DNA from: a virus
Lineage: Duplodnaviria; Caudoviricetes
Virus record (IMG/VR): IMGVR_UViG_3300036766_002286
Strand: one strand, 5' to 3'
DNA length: 64,000 bases
The position numbers were made by a program, and so were the translations under genes. The notes under the pieces are model-generated. The model was not told the origin of the DNA. It made no database searches and worked only from the letters and a program-made list of their open reading frames with translations. Shown one piece after another: positions 32,158 to 43,345 of the stretch; position 1 is the first letter of the stretch; each line of letters begins with the position of its first letter.

Positions 32158-33848
32158 GTATAAATACGACTACCAGTTCCCAAGCCGATATTGATACTTA
32201 TCTAGCCTTAGACCCAATGTATAGTGCATGTGCTAAACATTACGGATACAATATGCTCGGCCCTGCCGGTTTTATTACTCATCCAGACCTACACGCTAGA
32301 GCCACAATCACTGATCATGCTTGGCTAAGCACTCCATTATTTAAGGTATCTGCTAATTTCGACACATCTTCATCCCGAACTAAAAAGCAAGCCGTACTTT
32401 TAACAACTGGAGCATTTTCTCCTCTTCATACAGGACACATTGAAATGATGGATTGTGCCAAAGTCGCTCTGGAAGCCTCAGACATAGAGGTTGTGGGTGG
32501 TTTTATTTCTCCTTCTCATGATGCCTATGTAACAAGAAAGGCAAAAGGTGACGCACAAATGCATGCAGAAATCAGAGTTGCCCTATGTGAAGCAGCTGTT
32601 GCTTCGTCCAGTTGGCTAGCAATAGATACCTGGGAAGCTCGCTATGTTCCAGACGAATGTAATTTTACTGATGTTTTTCGCCACCTTAAGGGTATTTTAG
32701 ATCATAATTTCGGTAAAGACGCAATTGAAGTTTGGTATGTATTTGGTAGTGATAATATCATGTTCGCAACCGTTTTCAAAGAGTCTGGTAATGCTGTTGT
32801 TGTACACAGAGGAGGCACAGAAAATCCAAGCAACACTCTGAAAGCATTGAATATGGATAGCACCAGAGTTATCGTATCAGACATTACTACTACAGCATCT
32901 TCCACCGAAATTCGTCGCGGTGATTTTACATTACTCCCATCCCCTATACGAGACACTTATCCGCGTTTTGTTGATCCAGCCCCCTTTCCATCTGGTGTTA
33001 TAATACTTCGCGATGATCTCACATATGCAACCAAACACTGGGCAACATCTTCAGTATTTGATAAAGCTCTTCAAACATTTTCCACAAATGTACAAACCGC
33101 ACTTATTACTGCTTACGATAGTAATTTTTCAATTGTGCTAGCACAAGTTGCAGACCAACTAACCGCGGCTTCATTCGCACTTTTTGATACGAAAACTATC
33201 TCTTTAGATGTGTATTTTAAAGGCACCGCACATTTTGAGATATCTAGAAGTTTTGGCTGTTCAGACGGTCAAGTGCGCACGTCCGGCATCATAGCTCGTC
33301 CAGGCTCAGCTTCTATTGCCGAGCAAATTTCACAAATTGCTCCCGGAGATTATTGTATTGTTGATGATGATATTGCCTCTGGAACCACTATTAAACAGTG
33401 CATTGAGATGCTGCCAGTTCACGTAAAGCACACAGGACAATATGCTATGGTAGAACATATCGGACTTCTTCGATCAAAAATTATTGATGTTTGTGACCTC
33501 AGAGACTTTCTTCTCGGCACCTTACATGGAGGCCTAGCAGTAATTCTCCCCAGCGGGTTTCACGGCCGTGCTCCTTATATGCTCCCGTACGTTTCATTAG
33601 TTTCTCGTGCTAGCATTCCTCCCACAAAACATCTACAATGCGCTCTCGATTTATGGATTGCAAACGAAGAATTTTTTCGCACCATACCGGTCACTTTGAA
33701 GCTTATCGATACTCCACAGTATACTCGCGATTTACTCACTTCTGCTGGCTTTACGCAAGATATCACACTTGCTGATATATGTGCCTATCATATTAAAATA
33801 CTTAGTCACAGTGTTTCCGCCCAAACCAAGTTTGCCCCGCGCCAGTAA
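32154..33848 (+). CDS. NMN/NaMN adenylyltransferase-like domain fused to a type I phosphoribosyltransferase-like domain
   Basis: TGAFSPLHTGH (HxGH), ISPSHDAYV, IDTWE, FGSDN, SSTEIR; PRPP-binding loop IVDDDIASGTT. Confidence 0.82.
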   Translation: MSINTTTSSQADIDTYLALDPMYSACAKHYGYNMLGPAGFITHPDLHARATITDHAWLSTPLFKVSANFDTSSSRTKKQAVLLTTGAFSPLHTGHIEMMDCAKVALEASDIEVVGGFISPSHDAYVTRKAKGDAQMHAEIRVALCEAAVASSSWLAIDTWEARYVPDECNFTDVFRHLKGILDHNFGKDAIEVWYVFGSDNIMFATVFKESGNAVVVHRGGTENPSNTLKALNMDSTRVIVSDITTTASSTEIRRGDFTLLPSPIRDTYPRFVDPAPFPSGVIILRDDLTYATKHWATSSVFDKALQTFSTNVQTALITAYDSNFSIVLAQVADQLTAASFALFDTKTISLDVYFKGTAHFEISRSFGCSDGQVRTSGIIARPGSASIAEQISQIAPGDYCIVDDDIASGTTIKQCIEMLPVHVKHTGQYAMVEHIGLLRSKIIDVCDLRDFLLGTLHGGLAVILPSGFHGRAPYMLPYVSLVSRASIPPTKHLQCALDLWIANEEFFRTIPVTLKLIDTPQYTRDLLTSAGFTQDITLADICAYHIKILSHSVSAQTKFAPRQ

Positions 33849-33871
33849 CCTGTCCCTGCAATAGTGCAATA

Positions 33872-34636
33872 CTATTGTACTATTTTGCTGTCATAGTATG
33901 TGCCGTCTTGACCGCAGAGTTCTATATATCTATGATAAGCACCTTGGTTGTTTGTAGTAACGTTCAATCTATTAGACCCGCTCACGTCGCATCCCAACAT
34001 CGTCGCTTCCGTTAGGTCCGCCCCTCTAAAATCTACATCTCTTAGATCAGACTTACTAAAGTCCGCTCCAGCTAATACACATCCAACCATACTAGCTCCT
34101 CTTAAATTGCTTCCTCTAATATTAGAAACAAGCATATAAGCACCGTCCAAGTTAGCATATTGTAAATTAACATCGTCTAAACAAGCAGCTATCAAGCCAG
34201 CACAGAATTTATCAATTCCAGCCATATTTATTTCACTCATATCAGCGCCCGTAAAATTTGCTCCATTTGCGCAAGCTCTAGTCAAGTTTGCGCACTTTAG
34301 ATTACTTTTTGGAAACTGGGCTTCTTCTAGTATAGCTCCAGATAAATTAGCACGCCTTAAGTTAGCGCTTGCAAAAATAGCTTTTCCCATTGCAGATCTA
34401 ACCATAGTGGCAGAAGCCAAATCAGCAAAACTAAAATCTGCACCCGTAAGCTTAGCTTCGTCTAAATGTGTTCCAATTAGAATAGCGCCTTTCAAATTCG
34501 CTCCATTCAAATTCGCACCACGTAAATCTAAGCCGGACAAGTCTATATTGGTTAGATCCCGCCCGCTCATCTCAATTCCACAAGCCACGTTTTCCAGCAC
34601 CTCTTGTCGGCTTATTTTCGCACTCATCGAAGTCAC
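33872..34636 (-). CDS. pentapeptide repeat protein (type II)
   Basis: KISRQEVL head, repeats, loop GIDKFC. Confidence 0.92.
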   Translation of the reverse strand: MTSMSAKISRQEVLENVACGIEMSGRDLTNIDLSGLDLRGANLNGANLKGAILIGTHLDEAKLTGADFSFADLASATMVRSAMGKAIFASANLRRANLSGAILEEAQFPKSNLKCANLTRACANGANFTGADMSEINMAGIDKFCAGLIAACLDDVNLQYANLDGAYMLVSNIRGSNLRGASMVGCVLAGADFSKSDLRDVDFRGADLTEATMLGCDVSGSNRLNVTTNNQGAYHRYIELCGQDGTYYDSKIVQ

Positions 34637-34648
34637 AGCATCTTAAGG

Positions 34649-35077
34649 TTATATTAATTGCTCAGATGTTAGAAGCATGTCATCGTCTAACTCAGCTGGT
34701 GTTGGTAGCATTCCAATCAACTTCTTAGTAGGAAATAATAACGGAGAGGCTTCCCGGCTGATTCGTGCCGCACCACCAGGTTCACTAAGAGTTTGCTGGC
34801 GTGCTTGTCCATTTTCTCCAGTCCCACGCAACCACACTAGCATAGCTTCTAGGCCTAGTGTCTTTTCGAGTCCGACAATAACAGCGTCGATCTCAAAAAG
34901 TTGTCGTAGTGCAGCTAAAGCGTGCTCGCTGGGTGCATCAATCCAATTTTTAATAGACTCATAGTCAATTCCTGCAAGTTCTGAGGCACGTTTTTCTGAT
35001 ATATCAAACGTGTTGGAGATTCGTTCAATGGCGGATGCAACTCTTGTTTTCATACTATTTACTAAGTCCGGTAACAT
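34649..35077 (-). CDS. Xre/MbcA/ParS-like antitoxin (HTH plus C-terminal WL motif), no toxin adjacent
   Basis: HTH SEKRASELAGIDYESIKNW; LG..AMLVWLR. Confidence 0.5.
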   Translation of the reverse strand: MLPDLVNSMKTRVASAIERISNTFDISEKRASELAGIDYESIKNWIDAPSEHALAALRQLFEIDAVIVGLEKTLGLEAMLVWLRGTGENGQARQQTLSEPGGAARISREASPLLFPTKKLIGMLPTPAELDDDMLLTSEQLI

Positions 35078-36846
35078 ATGCTACTATAGCCAAAAATGTC
35101 GTATCTATAGCCTTTTCTGCTCTTTGCATGTCACCATCATAATCCTCACAGGATAGTTCCGTTACATTAAAACGATCCATATAGCATTCACCATATTGTT
35201 CTATTAGCTTAAATAATTTATCATCTTCTGACAGAATAATTCCCTGGTTTGTAATGAACGTTTTTATAGCTAGCATTCCGCTCGCCGCATCCTTTTCTGC
35301 TTCAGGAATGTCAGTACGATTAATTGACATCTCCAACTCCCTAGCAAGCTCCTCACAGCATTTACCATATTCTTTTATTAATTCAAATAATTTTTTATCC
35401 TCGACCATCATATCCTCCTAGTTTTTGTATAAACATTTCCACATCTTCAAATGCCAATCTTACTTTGGCTACAGCCACCTCATGCTCACGGGTCAAAAGT
35501 CCATATGTATGTATGCTAAGTTCTCTTTCCATTATAAGGTCCTGAAAACGAATTAATAGCGCCCATAGTCGGTTATCTTCAGTTTTCCCTATAGAAGCAA
35601 CTTTCCGCGCGAAGGCTTCTATAGCATCTACCGCGGTACTTACTTCCCCGACACTTTCCTTGTACCATTTACTTTCTAAGCCTTGCTCAAATTTACCCAG
35701 CTCTCGACCATATATAGCTTCATCTAAGGTCATCAGTAAAATATACATTTGCTCTGATTCATTTATAGGTTTGCATCCAAAATATGTATCCATACTATTG
35801 CTCCTCTGTTCTATTTACGTCACTAACGTCATTCCACAGCGGGTTATCAGCATCCATAGCAAATGTATCCCCGCCTACCTTTTTTGGCCATATACTTGTC
35901 ATCAGGTGTGGCTTATCCTTTTCATCTTTTTTTGATCCATCCCGATTCAGCCAACCAGCGATTGCAATAATTTTTCTGGTAGCAGAGTCCTCATCACTAC
36001 CGCCATATCCGTGAAGACTATGAAGGTTTGCATCTATCCAAAATTGAGTTGGCCCGTGTGGGCGCATTCCAGTTCTGTTACAATCAAGACAATCGTGGGT
36101 GATCACCTGCACGCTAGAATTGTTGGCCGGCAATGTTGTAAATCCACAACCACCACAATTTGGGCATTTTTCAGGCGTTCCTAATCGTATTCTTCGATTA
36201 TATTGAATGGCGCCTCGCAAGCAAAGAAACTATAACCACCCGCTATTAAACAGTCTCGTTCAATAATTGATACAAAATCCGTACAATCCTCACGTCGGAA
36301 AGTTGTTGTTAGATCAGTCATGCTTTGCACATCCCCGCTCACCAGGTCCACCGAAAAGCCAGTCATTAAAATTTTCTATTAAAATTATATTTTTCCCATC
36401 GTTATGTAAACCAATACCTTCCCAAAAACATTTGAGAACTTTGATTTTATCCTCTGGCTCCGCAATTCATTCCTCAGCACCCTCTTTTGTTAGAAATGCC
36501 CACTCGTCTAGTTTGTTAGGAATTACCCCGTACTGGCCTTCTTCATATTCAAAACGCACAATATATAGGTTTTTATCATCACGGACAATACTAAGTCCAG
36601 CAGTCCAGCCGCATTGCGCATGAATTACAGCAACCCCCATTGTTTGTTTCCAGTCTGGAACATACATTTCAGCTGGATGCTCATCTGGTTCTATAGGTCT
36701 AAAACATAATTCACAAATATCTTTTATTTTCCTTGTCTCCGTGCTTTCATTCATATTACTGCTCCTTGTTCTTAAAATTATTATATATTAAACTATAGTT
36801 GCGTTTTGACTACAACAAAACAAATTACAAATGTCTACATTTAATA

Positions 36847-37551
36847 TCAAATTATCTCTCCCATTGGCCCTAACTGGATCGTCTCCAGGCCTGTGCCACC
36901 CAAGGTTGCCTGTGTAAAGTTAGCACCGCGCATAAGATTATTTTCTGGAAGTATAGCGTAACTCAAATCAGCTCCGTAAAAGTCTGCTTCTGTTAAATTT
37001 GCGCAAGTAAAATTACAATTATTCAGTTTCGCGCCTGAAAATACAGCCCTATACAAATCTACTCCTAACATATTTGCATCTAGAAGATTCGCCCCAGTAA
37101 ACTTCGCCCATCTCAAATCTGCACTATAAGATGAAAGTCCCGCCAGCATCGCATTACTCAGATTTGCATCCGCAAATGATGCAAATCGAGCCTCACTCCT
37201 AGTTAAATTAACAAAACTCATGTTAGCACCATTCAAGATACCACAAACCAAATTTACTCCAGCCATGTTAGCTCGAACCATAGTTGCGCATCTGAAGTTA
37301 GCCCCCTCCAGGTTAGCTCGAACCAATATCGTTTCAAATAGGTTTGCGCCTATAAAATTTGCCCCATGGCAATTTGCAAAGCTTAAATTAGCGTAACTAA
37401 GATTTGTCTCAATCATTTGTGTATTATGGAGCTCTAAATAAGACATGTTAATATGAGACAAATCTAAACCGCTTAAATTTTTCTGCGCCATTGATTTGCC
37501 AGTTTTAATATTATCTATGACATCTTCTCGAGTTAGTTTTTTCTCCAACAT
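36847..37551 (-). CDS. pentapeptide repeat protein (type II)
   Basis: KLTREDVI head, repeats, loop GLSSYS. Confidence 0.92.
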   Translation of the reverse strand: MLEKKLTREDVIDNIKTGKSMAQKNLSGLDLSHINMSYLELHNTQMIETNLSYANLSFANCHGANFIGANLFETILVRANLEGANFRCATMVRANMAGVNLVCGILNGANMSFVNLTRSEARFASFADANLSNAMLAGLSSYSADLRWAKFTGANLLDANMLGVDLYRAVFSGAKLNNCNFTCANLTEADFYGADLSYAILPENNLMRGANFTQATLGGTGLETIQLGPMGEII

Positions 37552-38264
37552 GAAACCTACTTTAAGTCTTCAGTATTAGTATACTTGATACCAAATGTTA
37601 TCATGCACATCGAACTTCCAAAATATGCCGTCAACATATTCTATTTTTCCAAATCCAGACATTGGCCGCCTAGCTCCCGCCCCTCTTGTACCTAAATCTT
37701 TAGGTATTCTATTCGGGTCTCTATGGTCATCATATTCTCCTGCACCCCTCGTATCGAAATCTGCTACACCGCTCGTATCAAAATTCGTCGCCATTCCTTG
37801 CATAGCAGGATCTGAACTTTTGTTAGGGTCTCCTTGCATAGCAGGACAGCCAGAAACTGAATTTCCTGAGTTATTGTTGCTCATGTTTTTCCTCCGTTTG
37901 TTCTGTTATATCTAAACTCGCAAGTAAACACAAACCAATTTCTCTAGAAGTTTCTTCGTCATGGACGCACGGAGCCTCTAGTCGCGCCCATCGTGCAGCA
38001 TCTGATTCTAGTCGCCATGCTTTTAACTCAGCAACCCCGTCTATAGGAATTTGTGGGTCTTCATTGGTTTCACAACAGTCAGTCATAGGGCTCCTCTCTA
38101 TATATTGTTAGCAATAGTCAAATTTATGCAATTAGCTATACTATGATTTTTTAAGCTGTTAGCTACTTTTTAGAGGCTTTAATATGATGCACAAATTGCG
38201 TAGGTAAAAAGGTTACCGGGGACACAAGGTGCTAGTTACTTGTGCAGGGCGCTAATTAGAGCAT

Positions 38265-39166
38265 CTAATTACAGTAGTCGCTAGTTTTTCCATTAGTGCC
38301 ATCCCGCGAGGGCAGATTACGAACTATGATTGCACTTTGCGCATCGAGCAAATCAAACCAACAAACGGCATGTGTGGCCATCTCATCGTCGCCGGGGTGT
38401 TGGGCAGTCCAGTCGGGATTCGATGAACTCGTGTTAAATTTGCGCATGTCGTACACACCAAAATCAACGAAAATGTTTCTAGTTAGTTTCGTAAGCCCTA
38501 CTTCAGTCGCTAATTTCTCTCCCTCCTTGATCAGTAGCGGAGGATTGAAATTTGTGCTGGCCGACGACTCACTTGCGCTTGGCAAAGTATTAGCCAACGT
38601 TAGAAGCTTCGGGGTCAGAGTTAGCAGATGATCTACACGATACATAATACCACAGGTACTGATTACGTCAAACGTATATTGTATTTCACCGCTCTCAATA
38701 TATCGTGAACCCCGCATAACCATTCCAGTAAGGGGGCAACAACATTAACAGCCTGACCAAGGTTACTGTCAAAACCAAATCCTCCGTGAGGCTTGTAATT
38801 ACCGCCACGATATTGCCCTGGGTAAAGAATTGAAATGACCGCGGTGAGGTTAACCGGGGATAAAATTCTCAACGGACTTGGGCAAGCCGGTGGTTTGGCT
38901 GACGGCTTCCATCCATCATTAGTTTGGCTCCAAGTGACATCAGACCCATTACCCACGGCCGGCACGACCACAACCCACCTCATGACACTTCCGCTTTTTT
39001 TACATATCAACTTTTTGTTGGCAATTGTTACAGTCGCATCTACTTTACCACACTTTGCGCCTTCCTTGTTGGCTGCCAACGCGGGCGAACTAAGTGCCAG
39101 CAACAAAGTCGCCACAAACGCCACAATAACAACTCTGTTAAATGCCGGCCAGCCTTTACGCGGCAT
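38265..39166 (-). CDS. secreted protein, probably host-derived, split by a one-base deletion in a C-run at about 38732
   Basis: Signal peptide, GAKCGKV...KKLICKKSG..W module, YKPHGGF; adding one C joins the two ORFs (APLTGMVMRG). Confidence 0.65.
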
Positions 39167-40309
39167 TTAGGTGGAAGATTCTTTCATAGTTATTCATTAA
39201 TAATCTCCTCAGTATGTAGTGTCAGCACCCAGTATCTATAAGCAACCAAGCATAGCACTCTTTCTATGCTGTTGCAATTATTTTTTAGAGGCTTTAAGTT
39301 GTGCTACAAGGCGGTCGCGTCTCCATTCCTCTATACTGTCGCAATTCTCTACCATATCAGTTATTCGGGTTTCTCCCTGTCTATTTATTTTACTAATAGC
39401 CAGTTTTCTTTTGGCTGTCTTTACTGCTAAATGTTGTTGATTTTCAAAAATCTTCCAAAGCACCTCATCCATATGTGAATTAAAGATACCCAGAACCTGC
39501 AGCGTACCGGGGCTCACGTCCCCATTGCTGATAGATTTTTCTAAAGATATAATACCAACATGAGAGTTCATAACATCTTCCCACATTGCGGCCTGTGCGT
39601 GTTTGAGGGTACTCTCCCGTTTGGCATTTAGGCCAGCTATTCCTAAGCTCACAGTAGCTTTAATACTAAAACCAGCTACTTTAACAGAAGTTTTTAAAGT
39701 GCCTTTAGCGAGTTTTCCTAGTTTACGAGTTATCATTTTTCTTTTCATATCTTAAATTGTCCTCATACTCCAGATAAGTGCACGTTACCAGCAGCTATAG
39801 GCGCAACCAGGGCTATATGTAGGCTTTTCCTTTCAGTTATATCTACCGTTATCATACCAATCAAACACACCCGCACAAGTCAAAGTTATTTCTATTTCTT
39901 AGCTGATTTACGCTCGGCTTTAGGCCTAAAGCCCCCTTCAATTTTTAATGGTGTGATATAATACATCAGCCGTTCATAGTCTGTTTTACTAACTTTAGTT
40001 TTAGGTACAATTCTCTCCTTTATGAAATTTTGAACCAATCCCTTAAGTACTCACTTGACAGCTTAGCATCACTATTCTTTAACTAATTTTGGGGAGTCTT
40101 TATCTAGACCGGTACCTTTGCAAGTTGGACACACGATCATTTGTAGAGAGTCCATAAAGACTTCGCGTTTGCCTTTACAGTCACTGCACCAAACATTGAT
40201 ATATTTCATTCCCTCAGGCGCCTCTGGTAAATTTGAGCTAGTTTTGCTGTACATTATTACCTCCATTTCTAGCTAAATACTATAGCGGCGATACAGAGCT
40301 ACTAAAACT

Positions 40310-41035
40310 TTATCTAGCATATGCTTCAATAATTTTCTTAGATAATTTCTCTGGTAATACCTCAAACTTTGCAAAGTCTCCTATATTATCACGCTTTAAA
40401 TGTAGCTGACCTTCGCCACTGTTTCCTCTATGCTGACCAGTAGAATAAGCTTTGTTACCTTCAACCTCTTGTGATGAAAGTACCCAATACTTTATTACAT
40501 CTTTCCATACACCAACCCAGATAAAAACATCACAACATTTTGGTTTAATCTGCTGAAAGTTCATGTCAAAATATTTTTTCGAATTCCACTCAAGAGCTTT
40601 AACATACAGCGGTTCTCGGCTATTAAAATCAACTGCTCGTGAAGCTTTAACTTCGATTTTTATCATTTTCTTATCTAGCTTTGGGTATAAGAAGTCATAC
40701 TGTCCGGAGTAGCTTTTTTCTATTTTTTTAGTTGGTTTGATAAGCCCCGGTACGAGTATTTTTAAGTGCCCCTGCGCCCATTTTTCACCAAACATTCGGG
40801 GAGCCGAAATTTCAAAAAGAGGGAGAAACACATTGCGCTTCATATATTCTTCCCTCATATTGAGATAATCAGCAAGCGTGATAGCTCCCAGGGCTAGTAA
40901 ATTGGAAATAATATACTCTTGATCATTAAATGGGTACGAAGAGGTTAGCTCGCCAAAATGTTTTTCTATGGTGTCTCGATCGGCTGCGGGCAGAGAATAG
41001 ATTATCTTTTCTAGCTGGGCTTTTAATATTTGCAT
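40310..41035 (-). CDS. putative PD-(D/E)xK restriction endonuclease
   Basis: YDF...IEVKASR motif; directly downstream of the methyltransferase. Confidence 0.65.
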   Translation of the reverse strand: MQILKAQLEKIIYSLPAADRDTIEKHFGELTSSYPFNDQEYIISNLLALGAITLADYLNMREEYMKRNVFLPLFEISAPRMFGEKWAQGHLKILVPGLIKPTKKIEKSYSGQYDFLYPKLDKKMIKIEVKASRAVDFNSREPLYVKALEWNSKKYFDMNFQQIKPKCCDVFIWVGVWKDVIKYWVLSSQEVEGNKAYSTGQHRGNSGEGQLHLKRDNIGDFAKFEVLPEKLSKKIIEAYAR

Positions 41036-41036
41036 A

Positions 41037-43028
41037 TTATTTATTGAACTCCTTAATGTAGTTTATCTCTTTTTGGTTAAGAGAGTACCTCTTCATGATA
41101 TAGTCATCTAATTTTTCAAAGTTAGTTTTGTCTTGTATAGTTTTATCAACTAACCTAATAACCTCAGACAAAGTTTTTTTGTCCCAAAGTGGTAGAGGCA
41201 TTTTTTCTATATGACTACGTAATACTTTTATACTTGAGAACTTTTTCTGAAAAATAAATTGATATAATGAAGAATTTAGCAATCCTGCAATAACTTTTAT
41301 TGGATAGTTTGGAATAGTTGGAATTAGTATATTTGCACTATTTAGAGTCAGTTTCTGCTGGTTGTCATAAGCAAAAACCAAATATTTTGAAATGAATTTA
41401 TAAATTAGTTTCTCTTTTGCGCGATATTTGTTGGTAGGAGCGACCTGCTGAAACTTTTTTGGCGTGAATTTAATATAACTCTTGGGGTCACCAAGCACAA
41501 AGTTTTTAACGTCTTTGCCTTTATAAATGGGTTCAAATCCTTTTTTCTGTTTATTTGAAATAAATTTACTATTATTACCAGTCACAACCCCAAGCGCCCA
41601 GTCGGCATTGTTTTCTAAAGTTGTATGTTTGACGTTATATATTTTATCTATGATTGCAATATCAAAATTGTTTGAATGAATATCAAAAATAAAATCTTGA
41701 TTATTCAACCAACGAGCTTGTTTTATTTTATACTTCATTTTCTCTTTGCATACCTGTATACTGGCATCTTTCTTTCCTCCCTTTTTTATGTCCATTCTGA
41801 TAACGGGAGTAAAGACATTTTTGAAAACCCTGTTAAGATAGGTGATTTTTGTAATCTGAGAGCTTTTCAAAATTATTTCTCTTATATCTTTATGTGTTCT
41901 TACATTCGAAATAGACTCCGGTAAAATAAAGGAAATCATCCCACCACTACGAGCCAAGTTAATACTTTTCTCTAAAAAATAAGAAAATGACTCAAAAGAC
42001 ATGATTGTAGGATATAGTTTTTTTAGTTTTTCAATATCCCCGCCGGAAAAGTGTATTCCCCAGGGAGGATTCGTTGCTATAATGTCAAAATCCTTCATAT
42101 TTTTATCGTCAATATCAAGAAGTGTATTTTTACAAACAATATTAGGAACAAAGTCTATATTTTTAAATTTTATTAAAATGTTAATACGAGCAATCATAAC
42201 TGCAATATTATCAAAATCAATTCCATAAATATTAGACGGATCTTCTATAACATCAGAAAAAGCCAACAAAAATTGCCCCGTCCCGCAACAAGGATCAAGA
42301 ACTTTTGAATATTTCTGAGTATGCTCGGCAACCATTTCATTAGTTATACTTGGTGGAGTATAATATGAACCATTTTGGGATTTTTGCCCTTCGAATAGAA
42401 GAGATTGATATAGGAGTCCGAGAAAATCCCGCTGTACGGGAATAGCACACTCAAGCAAGAAAGAAAAACTTTTCTTTATTTTCCGTGTATCTACCTGTGA
42501 AAGCCATGCTTTTATTTCTTTTTTTATTTGTTTATTTGATACGGGCAAGGACTTTTTTGTCTTAATATCTTGTATTTTCACAGTCGGTATTATTTTTTCT
42601 TTTTTAAGTAAGTTCAAACAAACCAATAAGAGAGCACTACTTGTCTCAATATTATTACTTTTTATAAAATCAAGTATGACATTTAGTTCATCAATACCTG
42701 ATTTATCTTGCGAGTATTCTTCTGGTACGAATGTTTTGCTGGATTTTATTTTGTTTGCTCGCTTGTTTAATTTATTTAAACCGCCGTCTTTAATTTTTAA
42801 TTTCGCACCTTCAAGGTCTTTTTTATGAAAGAAATAGTCGACACCTTTATCAGAGGTTTGCAGGTGACCACATTTAACCCAATTTTTAACTGTCGCTATA
42901 GAAACACCTAATAATACGGCAGCATTTTTAAGGTCAATAAGGGGTTGTCCTTTATTTATAACCAACTTGGCTTGAGACTTACTTATAACCGACAGCTTCC
43001 TGCTGGCTACTGGTGGCATTTTTTTCAT
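41037..43028 (-). CDS. N6-adenine DNA methyltransferase (TaqI/Eco57I-like gamma group) with N-terminal HTH
   Basis: GSYYTP, LDPCCGTGQF, NPPWG, C-terminal TaqI-like target recognition region; noticeably AT-richer than its flanks. Confidence 0.9.
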   Translation of the reverse strand: MKKMPPVASRKLSVISKSQAKLVINKGQPLIDLKNAAVLLGVSIATVKNWVKCGHLQTSDKGVDYFFHKKDLEGAKLKIKDGGLNKLNKRANKIKSSKTFVPEEYSQDKSGIDELNVILDFIKSNNIETSSALLLVCLNLLKKEKIIPTVKIQDIKTKKSLPVSNKQIKKEIKAWLSQVDTRKIKKSFSFLLECAIPVQRDFLGLLYQSLLFEGQKSQNGSYYTPPSITNEMVAEHTQKYSKVLDPCCGTGQFLLAFSDVIEDPSNIYGIDFDNIAVMIARINILIKFKNIDFVPNIVCKNTLLDIDDKNMKDFDIIATNPPWGIHFSGGDIEKLKKLYPTIMSFESFSYFLEKSINLARSGGMISFILPESISNVRTHKDIREIILKSSQITKITYLNRVFKNVFTPVIRMDIKKGGKKDASIQVCKEKMKYKIKQARWLNNQDFIFDIHSNNFDIAIIDKIYNVKHTTLENNADWALGVVTGNNSKFISNKQKKGFEPIYKGKDVKNFVLGDPKSYIKFTPKKFQQVAPTNKYRAKEKLIYKFISKYLVFAYDNQQKLTLNSANILIPTIPNYPIKVIAGLLNSSLYQFIFQKKFSSIKVLRSHIEKMPLPLWDKKTLSEVIRLVDKTIQDKTNFEKLDDYIMKRYSLNQKEINYIKEFNK

Positions 43029-43094
43029 ATACTATATTGTTACGTGACACACAAAAAATACATACATTATCTTTTAATATTCTCCTATTAAACA

Positions 43095-43345
43095 CCTCTA
43101 GTACATAATGTACCCAGTTCAAGGTGGCTGCTAATAAATCACTATAGTTTCCAGAGGCGGTCTCTTTATCGTAGGCATCAATCCCCTCTTGGGACACCTA
43201 GGCATCACGGAGTGCACTTTCTACCACCCACAAGATAGAAAAGGCATTATCATCTTCGCCTGTGCGTTTTACACGAATATGTGGATATTTACAGCCAGCA
43301 ATATCAAGCCCGCAAGAAAAGTCGTCTTCATACTTATCATCATTC
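43095..43345 (-). pseudogene. decayed phage-type small protein (KYP..V...GED.NAF.I...SG.Y..LL) with internal TAG
   Basis: In-frame TAG at 43198-43200 and no in-frame start; abuts the R-M module. Confidence 0.5.

Noticed and set aside
33858-33878. Hairpin between convergent genes as a terminator
   Set aside because: AT-rich stem without a U-tract; too weak to call.
6415-43345. Stop-codon recoding (TAG=Gln or TGA=Trp), suggested by in-frame TAG at 6559 and 43198 and TGA at 36467
   Set aside because: All long genes are uninterrupted in code 11, and TAG ends 19819.. at the same position where its paralogs end. Isolated nonsense changes are more likely.
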